A stretch of 47,822 nucleotides of DNA from a bacterium (GCA_046757025.1 JBHHXN010000022.1:1-47822); one strand, 5' to 3'. Positions 12,331 to 24,552 are shown, numbered from the stretch's first letter. Notes: generated by a model not told the origin, from the sequence alone. Numbers and translations are program-made.

Positions 12331-14412
12331 ATGGCAAGAGATTTAGGTTTAGAAAAAATAAGAAATATCGGTATTATGGCGCACATCGATGCGGGGAAAA
12401 CTACGACCACCGAAAGAATCTTGTTTTATGCAGGCAAAATTCATAGAATGGGTGAAGTGCATGATGGCGCCGCGACCATGGATTGGATGGAGCAGGAAAA
12501 GGAACGCGGTATTACCATTACTTCTGCGGCGGTGTCCTGTCAGTGGCGGAATCATCGTATCAATATCATCGACACGCCCGGCCATGTGGATTTCACGGTC
12601 GAAGTCGAACGCTCCTTACGAGTGCTCGACGGAGCGCTAGCGCTTTTTTGTGCCGTGGGCGGAGTTGAGCCGCAGTCTGAAACGGTTTGGCGTCAAGCCG
12701 ACAAGTACGAAGTTCCACGTGTGGCGTTTATCAATAAAATGGACCGCGTAGGAGCTAATTTTTACGGGGCGGTAGATATGATCAAGGAACGGTTCGGCGC
12801 TAACGTCGTTCCGGTTCAAATTCCCATCGGAGAAGGAGATATGTTCGCTGGATTGGTGGATTTGATAAGAATGAAGGCCGTAATCTACCATGAGGATAGT
12901 CTGGGCTCCACCTGGGATGAAATTGAAATTCCACACGATTTGCAGGAAAAAGCTGATGAATATCGCACTCATCTCCTGGAATCCATTTCAGAGTTTGATG
13001 ATTCGCTTTTGGAGAAATACCTGGAAGGGTATGAGATTAATGAAAAAGACATCATTCGAGCTGTAAGAAAAGCCACGATTAATGTCGCCATTACGCCGGT
13101 TTTATTGGGTTCGGCCTTTAAAAACAAGGGCATTCAACGACTGTTAGATGCGGTTATCAATTTTCTTCCGTCTCCACAAGACATGCCGGAAATCGTTGGC
13201 ACGCATCCAAAAACTGAAGAGGTGATTACGCGAAAACATGCGGATGACGAGCCCTTTTCAGCGCTTGCTTTTAAAATTATGGCGGATCCCTACGTCGGTA
13301 AATTGACTTATTTTAGGGTATATTCGGGAACCGCAAAAGCCGGCTCCTATATATTTAATGCCGTTTCAAAAAAGCGAGAACGGCTTGGCAGAATATTGTT
13401 GATGTCGGCAAATAAGCGCGAAGATATACCCGAGGTTTTTGCCGGAGACATCGTTGCAGCAGTTGGTTTTAAGCACACTAAAACCGGTGACACTTTAGCG
13501 GCAGAAAATAAACCCATTATTTTGGAATCCATGCATTTTCCTGAACCGGTTATTGCTGTGGCTATTGAGCCTAAAACCAAAGCGGATCAGGAAAAGCTTG
13601 GGCAGTCCATGGCGAAATTAGCAGAAGAAGACCCGACATTCAGGGTTAGATCAGACGAAGAAACCGGGCAAACGGTTATTTACGGAATGGGAGAACTGCA
13701 TCTCGAAGTGCTGGTGGACCGTTTGCTACGTGAATTTAAAGTGGGTGCAAATGTTGGCCGACCGCAAGTGGCTTACAAAGAGGCTGTCACCAGCAAGGCG
13801 AAGGCCGAAGGAAAGTTTATTAGACAAAGTGGCGGTCGCGGTCAATATGGGCATGTGGTACTCGAAATTGAACCAGGGGAAAAAGGCAAAGGTTTGCAAT
13901 TTGAAAATAAAATTGTCGGTGCGGCCATTCCGCGAGAATATATCAATCCGGTAGCCACTGGTGTGAAGAATGCAATGAGCAACGGCGTTATTGCCGGCTA
14001 TCCAATCATCGACGTAAAGGTTACGTTGTTGGACGGCTCTTACCATGACGTCGATTCGTCAGAGATGGCCTTTTCAATTGCCGGATCCATAGCTTTTAAA
14101 AACGCCGTGCTAAAAGCCAAGCCGGTACTTATGGAGCCGGTGATGGATGTGGAAGTGGTTGTGCCAGAAGAATACATGGGAGAAGTGATGGGGGATTTGA
14201 ACAGTCGGCGGGGGAAAATCCGCGGCATCTATCCCAGGAAAGACGCCCAGGTCGTGGCGGCAACCGCCCCATTGAGCGAGATGTTTGGCTATGCCACAAC
14301 CTTGCGTTCATTGACGCAGGGGAGAGCGATTTTTACCATGCAGTTTGCGCAATACGAAATTGCACCGCAATCCGTATCTGAAAAAGTTTTAGAAAAAGTG
14401 GGGGTGGATTGA
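12331..14412 (+). CDS. fusA: Elongation factor G
   Basis: [29 protein letters not shown]. Confidence 0.99.
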   Translation: MARDLGLEKIRNIGIMAHIDAGKTTTTERILFYAGKIHRMGEVHDGAATMDWMEQEKERGITITSAAVSCQWRNHRINIIDTPGHVDFTVEVERSLRVLDGALALFCAVGGVEPQSETVWRQADKYEVPRVAFINKMDRVGANFYGAVDMIKERFGANVVPVQIPIGEGDMFAGLVDLIRMKAVIYHEDSLGSTWDEIEIPHDLQEKADEYRTHLLESISEFDDSLLEKYLEGYEINEKDIIRAVRKATINVAITPVLLGSAFKNKGIQRLLDAVINFLPSPQDMPEIVGTHPKTEEVITRKHADDEPFSALAFKIMADPYVGKLTYFRVYSGTAKAGSYIFNAVSKKRERLGRILLMSANKREDIPEVFAGDIVAAVGFKHTKTGDTLAAENKPIILESMHFPEPVIAVAIEPKTKADQEKLGQSMAKLAEEDPTFRVRSDEETGQTVIYGMGELHLEVLVDRLLREFKVGANVGRPQVAYKEAVTSKAKAEGKFIRQSGGRGQYGHVVLEIEPGEKGKGLQFENKIVGAAIPREYINPVATGVKNAMSNGVIAGYPIIDVKVTLLDGSYHDVDSSEMAFSIAGSIAFKNAVLKAKPVLMEPVMDVEVVVPEEYMGEVMGDLNSRRGKIRGIYPRKDAQVVAATAPLSEMFGYATTLRSLTQGRAIFTMQFAQYEIAPQSVSEKVLEKVGVD

Positions 14413-14490
14413 TCTACCTAAATAATTTCATTTATTTACTTCATTTAATTATTAAGATTACAAAATTTGGATTAACTTGGAGGAATAATC

Positions 14491-15681
14491 ATGTCGAAGC
14501 AGAAATTTGAAAGAACCAAACCTCATGTAAACGTAGGGACGATTGGGCATGTTGATCACGGAAAAACAACCTTGACTTCGGCTATTACTCTAATATTGAA
14601 TAAAAAGGGTTTGGCAGATTATATGAGCTTTGATTCTATAGATAATGCTCCTGAAGAAAAGGCCAGAGGTATCACCATTGCGACCGCGCACGTGGAATAT
14701 GAAACCGCCGAACGCCATTATGCACATGTTGACTGCCCTGGACATGCGGATTACGTCAAAAACATGATTACTGGTGCAGCGCAAATGGATGGCGCAATTC
14801 TGGTGGTGAGTGCGGCCGATGGTCCCATGCCGCAAACGCGCGAGCACATCTTGCTGGCCCGTCAGGTGGGCGTGCCGTACATCGTGGTATTTTTAAATAA
14901 GGTGGATATGGTGGATGACCCCGAATTGTTGGAACTGGTTGAGCTGGAATTGCGTGAGTTGCTGAGTCAATACGAATTTCCGGGTGATGATATCCCCATC
15001 ATTTCCGGTAGCGCTCTGGAAGCGCTGACCAATCCGAACGACGAAGAAAAGATCAAGCCGGTTCTGGAACTGATGGATGCAGTTGATAAATACGTTCCCA
15101 CTCCGACTCGCGATGTGGACAAACCGTTCCTCATGCCGGTGGAAGATGTTTTCAGCATCACCGGACGCGGGACTGTGGGTACAGGTAGAGTGGAAAGAGG
15201 TAAAATCAAAACCGGCGACGAGGTAGAAATTATTGGCCTGGGGGCAAAGAGAAAAAGCGTGGTTACCGGTGTTGAAATGTTTCGCAAACTATTGGACTAC
15301 GGCGAAGCTGGCGACAATATCGGCCTGTTGCTGCGTGGCGTGGACAAAGACGAGCTTGAACGGGGCATGGTGGTAGCCAAACCGGGCAGCATCACACCCC
15401 ATACGAAATTCAAAGGTGAAGTCTATGTTCTGACAAAGGAAGAAGGTGGAAGACACACGCCGTTCTTCAATGGGTATCGCCCGCAATTTTATTTCCGTAC
15501 CACAGATGTGACTGGTGTGCTCAAGCTTGAAGGGGGAGTTGAAATGGTGATGCCCGGCGACAACATCAATATGGATGTCGAGCTCATTTCGCCCATCGCA
15601 ATGGAAGAAGGCTTGCGTTTCGCAATTCGTGAAGGTGGTCGGACGGTCGGGGCCGGCGTCGTAACGAAGATTATTGAATAA
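14491..15681 (+). CDS. tuf: Elongation factor Tu
   Basis: [34 protein letters not shown]. Confidence 0.99.
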   Translation: MSKQKFERTKPHVNVGTIGHVDHGKTTLTSAITLILNKKGLADYMSFDSIDNAPEEKARGITIATAHVEYETAERHYAHVDCPGHADYVKNMITGAAQMDGAILVVSAADGPMPQTREHILLARQVGVPYIVVFLNKVDMVDDPELLELVELELRELLSQYEFPGDDIPIISGSALEALTNPNDEEKIKPVLELMDAVDKYVPTPTRDVDKPFLMPVEDVFSITGRGTVGTGRVERGKIKTGDEVEIIGLGAKRKSVVTGVEMFRKLLDYGEAGDNIGLLLRGVDKDELERGMVVAKPGSITPHTKFKGEVYVLTKEEGGRHTPFFNGYRPQFYFRTTDVTGVLKLEGGVEMVMPGDNINMDVELISPIAMEEGLRFAIREGGRTVGAGVVTKIIE

Positions 15682-15800
15682 TTCATAAATCACATTCAGC
15701 TGAACCGAACTGCACGGAGTGGCGGCCTGCCTGTTCGGTTCGGAAGGATGTTAGTAAATTTCAAATTCGCTGGATGCATAAAATACGGAGTGAATGCTAA

Positions 15801-16109
15801 GTGGTCGGTCAAAAAATTAGAATAAAATTAAAGGCTTACGATCACAGGTTGATCGATAAATCGACAGATAAAATTATCAGAACGGCCAAAGCCACCGGGG
15901 CGGGGATTTCCGGTCCCGTGCCTTTGCCGACAAAGCGATCGCTGTACACCGTGCTGCGTTCGCCTCATGTGGACAAAAAGTCGCGTGAGCAATTCGAAAC
16001 CCGTATTCATAAGCGGTTGATCGACATTCTGAATTCGACGCCTAAAACGGTTGATGCGTTGATGAAGTTGGAATTGCCGGCCGGCGTAGATGTTGAAATT
16101 AAAGTGTGA
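15801..16109 (+). CDS. rpsJ: 30S ribosomal protein S10 (GTG start)
   Basis: [25 protein letters not shown]. Confidence 0.99.
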   Translation: MVGQKIRIKLKAYDHRLIDKSTDKIIRTAKATGAGISGPVPLPTKRSLYTVLRSPHVDKKSREQFETRIHKRLIDILNSTPKTVDALMKLELPAGVDVEIKV

Positions 16110-16161
16110 GCAGTTTAATTGACCATATTTAATAGCATACTCAGGATTAAAGAATAACACA

Positions 16162-16782
16162 ATGAGTGGTTTAATCGGAAGAAAATTAGGCATGACCCGG
16201 GTCTTTGACAGCCAGGGTAAAAATGTGGCAGTCACGGTCATTGAGGCGGGTCCTTGTGCGGTAACTCAAATCAAAACGACTGAAAATGACGGCTACGATG
16301 CCGTACAAATTGGATTTGAGGACAAGAAAGAAAAAAACACCACCAAACCGGAAATGGGCCATTTTAAAAAATCGGGTGTGAAGCCCAAACGCATCTTAAA
16401 AGAGTTCCGAATGGCCATTATGGATGACTCTTTTAAACTCGGTGATGAATTGAAAGCCGACGTATTTGCAGAAGGCGAGCTGGTGAATGTTACGGCTTGG
16501 TCAAAGGGCAAAGGATTTCAGGGCACGGTTAAACGGCACGGCTTTGGTGGAGGGCCGAAAACCCACGGCCAGAGCGACCGATTGCGCGCCCCAGGCTCCA
16601 TCGGTCAGTCGTCTTATCCTTCTCGGGTATTTAAGGGAATGAAGATGTCTGGTAGAATGGGCAATGATAAAGTTACCATGAAAAAGAAACGTGTCGTAAA
16701 AGTGTTTCCCGATAAAAATGTCATATTAGTGGAAGGCTCGGTGCCTGGACCGAACAGCGGACTGGTATTGATAAAATCATAA
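16162..16782 (+). CDS. rplC: 50S ribosomal protein L3
   Basis: GRKLGMTRVF, SKGKGFQG, RAPGSIG. Confidence 0.99.
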   Translation: MSGLIGRKLGMTRVFDSQGKNVAVTVIEAGPCAVTQIKTTENDGYDAVQIGFEDKKEKNTTKPEMGHFKKSGVKPKRILKEFRMAIMDDSFKLGDELKADVFAEGELVNVTAWSKGKGFQGTVKRHGFGGGPKTHGQSDRLRAPGSIGQSSYPSRVFKGMKMSGRMGNDKVTMKKKRVVKVFPDKNVILVEGSVPGPNSGLVLIKS

Positions 16783-16791
16783 AAAGGCTCT

Positions 16792-17421
16792 ATGGAAATT
16801 AAAGTAAAAAAAATTGACGGAAAAAAGTCTGGCAAAAGCGTGGAATTTCCAGACAATCTGCTTGAAATCACGCCAAATGATCATGCCGTGTATTTGGCGG
16901 TAAAGGCGCAATCCACGAATTCACGTCAAGGTACGGCGGCAACGAAAACCCGTTCGATGGTGGCGGGCGGCGGCAAAAAACCATGGCGTCAAAAGGGCCG
17001 GGGGGTGGCCAGGGCCGGTACCACGAGATCGCCTCTGTGGGTTGGCGGTGGCCGAGTGTTCGGGCCGCATCCACGCGAATATAAAATGCAGTTACCCCGG
17101 AAAGTGAAAAAATTAGCACGTCAATCGGTATTAGTAGATCGGATCAAAAATGATCGAGTGTCCGTCATCGAGGATTTTAAATTACAAAATGCCAAAACAA
17201 AAGAAATGTATGCCATTCTAATGGCGCTGGACCTGGCCGATAAAAAGACGTTACTACTGATAAAAGAGCATGATGCCGTGCTGCTTCGCGCTGGCAGAAA
17301 CATCCCAAAATTGCAAATAAAAGTGGCTGCCACTGAATCGACTTATGATTTGTTGAATTGCGAACATTTGCTCATCCAGGCGGGAGCAGTTGAAAAAATA
17401 GCCGGAGTATTTGAAACATGA
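16792..17421 (+). CDS. rplD: 50S ribosomal protein L4
   Basis: KPWRQKGRGVARAG, GGGRVFGP. Confidence 0.98.
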   Translation: MEIKVKKIDGKKSGKSVEFPDNLLEITPNDHAVYLAVKAQSTNSRQGTAATKTRSMVAGGGKKPWRQKGRGVARAGTTRSPLWVGGGRVFGPHPREYKMQLPRKVKKLARQSVLVDRIKNDRVSVIEDFKLQNAKTKEMYAILMALDLADKKTLLLIKEHDAVLLRAGRNIPKLQIKVAATESTYDLLNCEHLLIQAGAVEKIAGVFET

Positions 17422-17726
17422 AAATGGTAGAAGCAATTTTAATTAAACCGTTGCTTACAGAAAAGATGCTCGCATTGCAGGAAAGCGAAAATAAATATGC
17501 GTTTAAAGTCCTGAAAGATGCCAATAAGATCGAGATAAAAAAAGCCGTAGAGAGAAAATTCAACGTGCTCGTGGACGAAGTACGGACCATCAATGTGAAG
17601 GGTAAAAGTAAACGAATGAACACACGCGGCGGCATCACTACCGGCAGGAGAGCGGATTGGAAAAAGGCGATAGTGAAGTTGCAGGAAGGTTATTCAATTG
17701 ACTTTTTTAGTGAGCAGCAAGGGTAG
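17418..17726 (+). CDS. rplW: 50S ribosomal protein L23
   Basis: PLLTEK, ANKIEIKKAVE, WKKAIVKL; ATGA overlap with rplD. Confidence 0.98.
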   Translation: MKMVEAILIKPLLTEKMLALQESENKYAFKVLKDANKIEIKKAVERKFNVLVDEVRTINVKGKSKRMNTRGGITTGRRADWKKAIVKLQEGYSIDFFSEQQG

Positions 17727-17735
17727 GATAGATAA

Positions 17736-18557
17736 ATGGCATTAAAAACATTTAAACCAAAAACACCCGGATTGCGCCATCGATCGGTGCTGAAATTCGA
17801 AGAAATTACGAAGACCACGCCTGAAAAGTCCTTATTGCAGCCGTTAAAAAAAACGGGCGGCCGAAATAATCATGGCCACGTAACCAGTCGTTTCAGAGGG
17901 GGCGGACATAAGCGTGCATATCGCGTCATCGACTTCAGGCGAAATAAAGACGGTGTGCCTGCAAAGGTTGCGGCCATCGAGTACGATCCCAACCGCTCGG
18001 CCAATATCGCCCTGCTGCATTACCTGGATGGCGAAAAGCGCTACATCGTGGCGCCGCTGGGCCTGAAGGTCGGCACGCAAATTGTATCCGGTGACGAGGC
18101 GGATATCAAAGTTGGCAACGCCATGTCGCTGAGTCGAATACCGTTGGGAACGCTGGTTCACAACATTGAATTGGTAGAAGGGAAAGGCGCTCAGATAGCG
18201 CGCGGGGCTGGCACGTATGCGCAGTTAGTTGCTAAAGAGGGTGATTATGCACAATTAAAACTGCCCTCAGGCGAGGTACGTATCGTGCGTCAGGCTTGTC
18301 GTGCCACCATCGGGCAGGTCGGCAACGTCGATTTCGAGAACGTATCAATTGGTAAAGCCGGCCGATCGCGATGGCGCGGTCGAAAACCGCACGTACGCGG
18401 AGTCGCCATGAACCCAGTGGATCATCCGATGGGTGGAGGTGAGGGAAAGAGCTCTGGCGGCAGGCATCCCTGTTCGCCGTGGGGAAAACCTGCTAAGGGG
18501 GGCAAAACCCGCAAGAAAAAGAAATCAGACAACTACATAGTCACAAAACGAAAATAA
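17736..18557 (+). CDS. rplB: 50S ribosomal protein L2
   Basis: [26 protein letters not shown]. Confidence 0.99.
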   Translation: MALKTFKPKTPGLRHRSVLKFEEITKTTPEKSLLQPLKKTGGRNNHGHVTSRFRGGGHKRAYRVIDFRRNKDGVPAKVAAIEYDPNRSANIALLHYLDGEKRYIVAPLGLKVGTQIVSGDEADIKVGNAMSLSRIPLGTLVHNIELVEGKGAQIARGAGTYAQLVAKEGDYAQLKLPSGEVRIVRQACRATIGQVGNVDFENVSIGKAGRSRWRGRKPHVRGVAMNPVDHPMGGGEGKSSGGRHPCSPWGKPAKGGKTRKKKKSDNYIVTKRK

Positions 18558-18574
18558 CCTAATCAGAAAGAACT

Positions 18575-18862
18575 ATGCCACGATCAGTTAAAAAAGGTCC
18601 GTATGTCGATCAAAAGCTTGCTGCTCGAATCAACGAGATGAACAAGACCAACCAGAAAAAAGTGCTCAAAACCTGGTCCCGGCGTTCGACGATTACGCCG
18701 GATTTTGTGGGACACACTTTGGCAATTCACAACGGAAATAAATTCATTCCCGTGTTTATTTCTGAGAATATGGTTGGACACAAGTTGGGAGAGTTTTCAC
18801 CCACTCGAACTTTTCGTGGGCACGGCGGCAAAGCTGCTGAAAAGTCATCTAGAATAAAATAA
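18575..18862 (+). CDS. rpsS: 30S ribosomal protein S19
   Basis: [20 protein letters not shown]. Confidence 0.99.
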   Translation: MPRSVKKGPYVDQKLAARINEMNKTNQKKVLKTWSRRSTITPDFVGHTLAIHNGNKFIPVFISENMVGHKLGEFSPTRTFRGHGGKAAEKSSRIK

Positions 18863-18885
18863 AAAATAAGAGTGAAAAATAAATC

Positions 18886-19242
18886 ATGGAAGCTCGCGCA
18901 GTTGCTAAATATGTCAGAAAATCGCCTCGGAAGGTACGGCAGGTCATCGATTTGATCCGTGGGGTGCAGGTCGATCAGGCGTTGAACATTTTGCATTTCA
19001 CCCCCAAAGCGGCCGCGGAGCCGGTTGAGAAAACGTTGAGATCAGCGGTTGCCAACATTCTAAATAATGAAGGGGCGTCAAAAGTCGACCCTGAAAATTT
19101 GATGGTGAAAGAAGCTTATGTGGATAAAGGCTTTTCATTTAGAAGATTTCGTGCGGCCTCCATGGGTCGAGCTATGCGAATGCGTCGGCCAACTTGCCAC
19201 ATAACCATCGTAGTCACCGAGATGAACGAAAACGAAGATTAA
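18886..19242 (+). CDS. rplV: 50S ribosomal protein L22
   Basis: SPRKVRQVIDLIRG, CHITIVV. Confidence 0.98.
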   Translation: MEARAVAKYVRKSPRKVRQVIDLIRGVQVDQALNILHFTPKAAAEPVEKTLRSAVANILNNEGASKVDPENLMVKEAYVDKGFSFRRFRAASMGRAMRMRRPTCHITIVVTEMNENED

Positions 19243-19257
19243 ATTTTAGGAGGCGTT

Positions 19258-19896
19258 TTGGGTCAAAAAACACATCCCGTCGGCTTGAGATTGGGTATCA
19301 TCAGGGACTGGGAATCGAATTGGTATGATGAGCGTGATTTTTCTAAAAAGTTGGAAGAAGATATCATGTTGCGTAAGTACATCCGCCAGCGATTGCAAAA
19401 TTCTGGAATTTCTACGATCCATATTGAACGGACGTCACAAAGAATTACCGTAAGCATCAACACCGCGCGACCAGGAATTGTCATCGGAAGAAAAGGCGCT
19501 GAAGTCGATAAGTTGAAAGAGGAACTGCAAACGCTGACCAAAAAGGACATACAATTAAATATCAATGAAATCAAAAAACCTGAATTAGACGCGTATCTGG
19601 TTGCTGAAAATATTGCACATCAATTATCAGCGAAAATTTCTTTTCGCCGGGCCATGAAAAAAGCCGTAATGAGTACCATGCGCATGGGTGCAGAAGGCGT
19701 GCGTATCGCCTGTTCCGGCCGCTTGGGCGGCGCTGAAATGGCCAGGAGAGAGCACTATAAGGATGGTCGTATTCCGCTGCATACCCTGCGTGCCGATATC
19801 GATTATGCCAGTGTCACGGCCCGAACCCCTTATGGCGCCATCGGCGTAAAAGTGTGGATATGCAAAGGAGAGGTTTTGGGAGCGCAAGGAGTTTAG
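19258..19896 (+). CDS. rpsC: 30S ribosomal protein S3 (TTG start)
   Basis: [33 protein letters not shown]. Confidence 0.99.
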   Translation: MGQKTHPVGLRLGIIRDWESNWYDERDFSKKLEEDIMLRKYIRQRLQNSGISTIHIERTSQRITVSINTARPGIVIGRKGAEVDKLKEELQTLTKKDIQLNINEIKKPELDAYLVAENIAHQLSAKISFRRAMKKAVMSTMRMGAEGVRIACSGRLGGAEMARREHYKDGRIPLHTLRADIDYASVTARTPYGAIGVKVWICKGEVLGAQGV

Positions 19897-19899
19897 CCT

Positions 19900-20319
19900 A
19901 TGTTAATGCCAAAACGGATAAAATATCGTAAACAGCAGCGCGGCCGCATGAAAGGCAAAGCCGTGCGCGGATCGAAATTAGCGTTCGGACAGTTTGGATT
20001 AAAGGCCATGGCGGCGGGCTGGATCACCGCCCGTCAAATTGAAGCAGCGCGTGTAGCCATGACGCGCCACATCAAAAGGGGTGGGAAAGTTTGGATTCGG
20101 ATTTTCCCCGACAAACCGGTTACTCAGAAACCCGCAGAAACGCGCATGGGAAAAGGCAAAGGCTCTCCGGAATACTGGGTAGCGGTTGTCAAACCCGGTC
20201 GCATGCTTTTCGAACTGGGTGGCATATCCGAAGAGTTGGCCAAAGAAGCTTTACGCCTAGCCTCGCATAAGCTGCCGGTTCCTACTAAATTTATCTGTCA
20301 TACAGAATACGGTGAATAA
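19900..20319 (+). CDS. rplP: 50S ribosomal protein L16
   Basis: [15 protein letters not shown]. Confidence 0.99.
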   Translation: MLMPKRIKYRKQQRGRMKGKAVRGSKLAFGQFGLKAMAAGWITARQIEAARVAMTRHIKRGGKVWIRIFPDKPVTQKPAETRMGKGKGSPEYWVAVVKPGRMLFELGGISEELAKEALRLASHKLPVPTKFICHTEYGE

Positions 20320-20322
20320 GCC

Positions 20323-20553
20323 ATGAAAATGCAAGAATTAAATGAGCTGACCAGATCGGAATTAGAATTGAAATTGGCCGATTCTTTGGAAGAATTGTAC
20401 AATCTGAGATTTCAGCATGCCATGCACCAATTAGACAATCCTTTACGCTTACGAGAAGTGAAAAGAGACATTGCGCGTTTGAAAACGGTGCTGCATGAAA
20501 TGGCTTTAAATATTCGAGAATCAAAAGAAATACAAACCACAGAAAATAAGTAA
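20323..20553 (+). CDS. rpmC: 50S ribosomal protein L29
   Basis: ELYNLRFQ, KRDIARLKTV. Confidence 0.97.
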   Translation: MKMQELNELTRSELELKLADSLEELYNLRFQHAMHQLDNPLRLREVKRDIARLKTVLHEMALNIRESKEIQTTENK

Positions 20554-20568
20554 TATACTGGATAAGTG

Positions 20569-20826
20569 ATGAAAGAACGCGGTAGTAGAAAATCAAAAAT
20601 AGGAAAAGTCGTATCCAATAAGATGGACAAAAGTGTTGTCGTTACTGTGGAACGCAAGATTAAGCATAAGCTGTACCGAAAATACTTCAAAAAAACGTCC
20701 AAGTTTTTGGCGCACGATGAAGAAAATCAGTGCGAAATTGGCGATACTGTCCGAATTATGGAAACAAGGCCTTTGAGTAAATTAAAACGATGGCGCCTGG
20801 TTGAGATATTAGAAAAGGTAAAATGA
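20569..20826 (+). CDS. rpsQ: 30S ribosomal protein S17 (ATG 20569, or GTG 20566)
   Basis: [25 protein letters not shown]. Confidence 0.98.
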   Translation: MKERGSRKSKIGKVVSNKMDKSVVVTVERKIKHKLYRKYFKKTSKFLAHDEENQCEIGDTVRIMETRPLSKLKRWRLVEILEKVK

Positions 20827-20853
20827 AGCATCCTATTAAAGGTCGAGGGATTT

Positions 20854-21222
20854 ATGATTCAACAATATAGCAGATTGAATGTTGCCGATAACACTGGCGC
20901 GAAAAAAGTGATGTGTATTTTGGTGCCCGGCGGCACGAAAAGGAAATATGCGGGCGTAGGTGATGAAATCATGGTATCGGTTAAATCCGCCATTCCAGGA
21001 AGCGCAATGAAGAAAGGCGACATCAGCAAAGCCGTTATCGTACGCACCAAAAAGGAAATTCGCCGCTACGACGGTTCGTATATTCGATTTGATGAAAACG
21101 CGGCGGTGTTGATCAACGATCAAAGCGAGCCCAGAGGGACCCGAATTTTTGGCCCGGTCGCCCGGGAGCTGCGCGAAAAACAGTACATGAAAATTGTTTC
21201 GTTGGCTCCGGAAGTTTTATAG
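20854..21222 (+). CDS. rplN: 50S ribosomal protein L14
   Basis: [29 protein letters not shown]. Confidence 0.99.
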   Translation: MIQQYSRLNVADNTGAKKVMCILVPGGTKRKYAGVGDEIMVSVKSAIPGSAMKKGDISKAVIVRTKKEIRRYDGSYIRFDENAAVLINDQSEPRGTRIFGPVARELREKQYMKIVSLAPEVL

Positions 21223-21252
21223 GAAATTAATTGATTAATTGGAGAATCGTTC

Positions 21253-21588
21253 ATGCACATAAGACGTGACGAACAAGTTTTAGTAATTGCTGGTGAATAT
21301 AAGGGCAAGAAGGGTAAAATATTAAAAGTGTTTCCCGATGAGAACCGAGTCATTGTGGAAGGTGTTAATTTTATCCATCGACACATGCGGCCATCTGCCA
21401 AGATGCAGCAGGGTGGAATAGTAAAAAAGGAAGCTCCTGTACATATTTCGAATGTGATGTTGATTTGTCCCAAATGCAATAAGCCCACTCGCACCAGTTA
21501 CGAGATAATTTCTGAACAAGGTAAACATTCACGAAATAAAACTAAAATATGTAAAAAATGTGGAGAGATGATTCAAGTTTCTTCATAA
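21253..21588 (+). CDS. rplX: 50S ribosomal protein L24 (CxxC..CxxC form)
   Basis: [28 protein letters not shown]. Confidence 0.98.
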   Translation: MHIRRDEQVLVIAGEYKGKKGKILKVFPDENRVIVEGVNFIHRHMRPSAKMQQGGIVKKEAPVHISNVMLICPKCNKPTRTSYEIISEQGKHSRNKTKICKKCGEMIQVSS

Positions 21589-21620
21589 TAACAACTAAAC
21601 ACGGGAATTCATAAATACCA

Positions 21621-22178
21621 ATGCCAGAATACGTACCAAGACTTCTAACGGGTTACAAAAAAAATATCATTCCTGCGCTGATGAAAAAGTTTGGCTACAA
21701 AAACGTCATGCAGGTACCCAGGCTGGAAAAAATCGTGGTGAATATGGGGGTTGGCGAAGTTCTTCAGGATTCTAAACTCTTGGAAAAATCCATGGAAGAT
21801 CTTTCCATCGTTACTGGACAAAAGCCCATTGTGACCACCGCCAAGAAATCTATATCGAATTTTAAACTGCGGGAAGGCAATAAAATAGGTTGTAAGGTCG
21901 TGTTGCGCCGATGGAAAATGTACGAATTTTTAGATCGTTTGATCAGCATTGGCATACCGAGGATTCGGGATTTTCGAGGACTTTCCGACCGTTCTTTTGA
22001 CGGTCGCGGTAATTATTCACTGGGTGTCAAAGAACAAATCATTTTTCCAGAAATTGATTATGATAAAATAGATCGCATTCGCGGAATGGACATTACCCTT
22101 GTAACCACTGCCAGGTCGGATGAAGAAGCATTTGAGCTGTTGCTCGCGTTTGGAATGCCATTTCGAAAAAAAGGATAA
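21621..22178 (+). CDS. rplE: 50S ribosomal protein L5
   Basis: [28 protein letters not shown]. Confidence 0.99.
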   Translation: MPEYVPRLLTGYKKNIIPALMKKFGYKNVMQVPRLEKIVVNMGVGEVLQDSKLLEKSMEDLSIVTGQKPIVTTAKKSISNFKLREGNKIGCKVVLRRWKMYEFLDRLISIGIPRIRDFRGLSDRSFDGRGNYSLGVKEQIIFPEIDYDKIDRIRGMDITLVTTARSDEEAFELLLAFGMPFRKKG

Positions 22179-22204
22179 TTTCACCCTAAACAACGAGGTA
22201 TGAT

Positions 22205-22390
22205 TTGGCTAAAAAGTCATTGATTGCAAAGCAAAAAAGAACTCCAAAATTTAGAGTACGAAAATACAATAGATGTTCGAAATGCGGTCGTCCGAGAGCC
22301 TATCTTCGGAAATTTGGATTATGTAGAATTTGTTTCCGAACATTGGCCCTGGAAGGCAAAATTCCAGGTGTAACCAAAGCCAGCTGGTAA
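22205..22390 (+). CDS. rpsN: 30S ribosomal protein S14, type Z (Zn-binding; TTG start)
   Basis: 61 aa; [17 protein letters not shown]. Confidence 0.98.
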   Translation: MAKKSLIAKQKRTPKFRVRKYNRCSKCGRPRAYLRKFGLCRICFRTLALEGKIPGVTKASW

Positions 22391-22410
22391 AAAAACAGGA
22401 TTATTTAATT

Positions 22411-22809
22411 ATGAGCATGACAGATACCATTGCGGATTATTTAACGCGAATAAGAAATGCTACCAGAGCGGGGCATAACAAAGTAGATATTCCTGCTTCA
22501 AATTTGAAAAAGAGAATTACCAAAATTCTCAGCGAATATGGTTATATTAAAAATTATCTTCTAATCGATGATAAAAAAAACGGATTGATCCGGATTTATT
22601 TGAAGTATGACGAAAACGGTGAAAGTGTGATCAACGGTCTAAAGCGAATCAGCACCCCCGGACTGCGAAAGTATGTTGACATTCACAACATACCGCGGGT
22701 GTATGATAATTTGGGCATTGCGATTTTATCCACACCCAAAGGGGTGGTTTCGGATAGAGACGCCCGAAAGTTACGAGTTGGCGGTGAAGTGCTGTGTTAT
22801 ATTTGGTAA
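22411..22809 (+). CDS. rpsH: 30S ribosomal protein S8 (true start ATG 22411, not 22330)
   Basis: [35 protein letters not shown]. Confidence 0.98.
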   Translation: MSMTDTIADYLTRIRNATRAGHNKVDIPASNLKKRITKILSEYGYIKNYLLIDDKKNGLIRIYLKYDENGESVINGLKRISTPGLRKYVDIHNIPRVYDNLGIAILSTPKGVVSDRDARKLRVGGEVLCYIW

Positions 22810-22832
22810 TTTCAATTAATTAGGAGTTTACC

Positions 22833-23369
22833 GTGTCACGAGTTGGGAAAAAGCCCATTGACATTCCCCAGGGAGTCGAAATAAAAATTAAAAAGCATCG
22901 GGTGAAAATCCAGGGACCCAAAGGCAGTCTTTCCAGAGAAATTCATCCGGATATCAAAATGAAGGTGGAGGATAATCAACTTATCGTCGCGCGCCCGAAT
23001 GACAGCAAACAGTTCAAATCGTTGCATGGTTTGTATCGTTCTCTGCTGACCAATATGGTGCAGGGCGTGAGCACGGGATTTGAGAAAAAGTTAGAAATCG
23101 TGGGGGTTGGTTATCGCAGTGAAATGAAAAATAACAAATTGGTTTTGCAGTTAGGGTATTCGCACCCCATTGTATTTTCTCCGCCAGAAGGGATTTCTAT
23201 TGTTGTGGATGGCAACACGAACATCACCATCGGTGGAATTGATAAGGAGCTGGTTGGAAAAGTCGCTGCGAAAATTCGTTCATTCAGACCCCCCGAGCCG
23301 TACAAAGGTAAGGGCATCAAATACGTCGATGAATACATTCGCAGAAAAGCCGGTAAGGCCGCAGCTTAA
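22833..23369 (+). CDS. rplF: 50S ribosomal protein L6 (GTG start)
   Basis: SRVGKKPI, RPPEPYKGKG. Confidence 0.99.
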   Translation: MSRVGKKPIDIPQGVEIKIKKHRVKIQGPKGSLSREIHPDIKMKVEDNQLIVARPNDSKQFKSLHGLYRSLLTNMVQGVSTGFEKKLEIVGVGYRSEMKNNKLVLQLGYSHPIVFSPPEGISIVVDGNTNITIGGIDKELVGKVAAKIRSFRPPEPYKGKGIKYVDEYIRRKAGKAAA

Positions 23370-23392
23370 CTGTTTTAATTCAGGAATAAGAA

Positions 23393-23767
23393 ATGGCAGA
23401 TAAAAACAAAATTAAAAAAGCAAAAAGGTCGCGCATAAAAAAACACATTCGCAAAAAGGTGTTTGGGACGGCAGAACGGCCGCGATTGGTGGTGTATCGC
23501 AGCGCAAAAAATATCTATGCACAACTAGTAAATGATGTTGAGCACAAAACCATTACCGCATTTTCAACACTTTCTCCTGACTTACAAAAGGATTTGACAA
23601 GCGTAAACAGCAAGATCGAAGCAGCTAAGTTAGTGGGAAAAGGGATTGCTGAAAAAGCCACCAAAATGAAAATCAAGCAAGTCGTGTTTGATCGCGGCGG
23701 ATATTTATTTCACGGTCGCGTAAAAGCCGTTGCTGACGGTGCACGTGAACACGGCCTGACTTTTTAA
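23393..23767 (+). CDS. rplR: 50S ribosomal protein L18
   Basis: [21 protein letters not shown]. Confidence 0.99.
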   Translation: MADKNKIKKAKRSRIKKHIRKKVFGTAERPRLVVYRSAKNIYAQLVNDVEHKTITAFSTLSPDLQKDLTSVNSKIEAAKLVGKGIAEKATKMKIKQVVFDRGGYLFHGRVKAVADGAREHGLTF

Positions 23768-23800
23768 TATAAAAAATTAACTGAATTTACTGGAGACTGA

Positions 23801-24322
23801 ATGGCAAAAGTTCTAAAAATTAGTCCAGGAGAATTAGATTTAAAAGAACGGGTGATTCATATCAACCGGGTGGCCAAAGTAGTGAAAGGCGGCCGCCGGT
23901 TCAGTTTTAATGCCATCGTGGTGGTTGGCGACGGCAACGGACACGTAGGCGTGGGCCTGGGCAAAGCCAACGAAGTGACCAACGCCATTTCCAAAGGCTC
24001 GGAAAATGCGAAAAAATCGTTGGTGCGCATCCCACTTGTGAACGGTACCATTCCCCATGCCATCAATGGCAAATATGGCGCTGGCAAGGTGTTTCTAAAA
24101 CCGGCTTCTGCGGGAACGGGTGTCATCGCGGGAGGAGCTGTTCGTGCCATCGTTGAGTCGGTAGGAATTCAGGATATTCTGACGAAATCCATTGGCTCGG
24201 CCAATCCCCACAACGTCGTAAAAGCGACCATAAATGCATTGACAAGTTTGATGGATGTGGCAGTGGTGGCCAGAAGACGCGGCATCACAATTCAAGAGGT
24301 TTTTAATAAAACCACGAGTTAA
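23801..24322 (+). CDS. rpsE: 30S ribosomal protein S5
   Basis: [22 protein letters not shown]. Confidence 0.99.
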   Translation: MAKVLKISPGELDLKERVIHINRVAKVVKGGRRFSFNAIVVVGDGNGHVGVGLGKANEVTNAISKGSENAKKSLVRIPLVNGTIPHAINGKYGAGKVFLKPASAGTGVIAGGAVRAIVESVGIQDILTKSIGSANPHNVVKATINALTSLMDVAVVARRRGITIQEVFNKTTS

Positions 24323-24345
24323 GATTTTAAAATTAATATAGAATA

Positions 24346-24534
24346 ATGGCAAAAAAGAAAAAATTACAAATTACCCTGTTGAGAAGTGTTATTGGACGTC
24401 ATTTCAAACAAAAAAGAACGGTAAAAGCGTTAGGTTTGCGCAGGTTGAATCATTCGGTTTTGCATACGGACTCTCCGCAGATACGCGGCATGCTCAACAA
24501 AGTCAGCCATCTTGTAAAAGTTGAAGAAAAATAG
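24346..24534 (+). CDS. rpmD: 50S ribosomal protein L30
   Basis: [26 protein letters not shown]. Confidence 0.97.
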   Translation: MAKKKKLQITLLRSVIGRHFKQKRTVKALGLRRLNHSVLHTDSPQIRGMLNKVSHLVKVEEK

Positions 24535-24552
24535 CTGAAAAGTGAGGATTAG

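Noticed and set aside
12225..12410. 61-aa minus-strand ORF across the rpsG-fusA spacer
   Set aside because: Partly antisense to fusA, no RBS; the spacer is better explained by RNA hairpins
22330..22410. Apparent N-terminal extension of S8
   Set aside because: Artefact of upstream start choice overlapping rpsN; the canonical MSMTD start is at 22411
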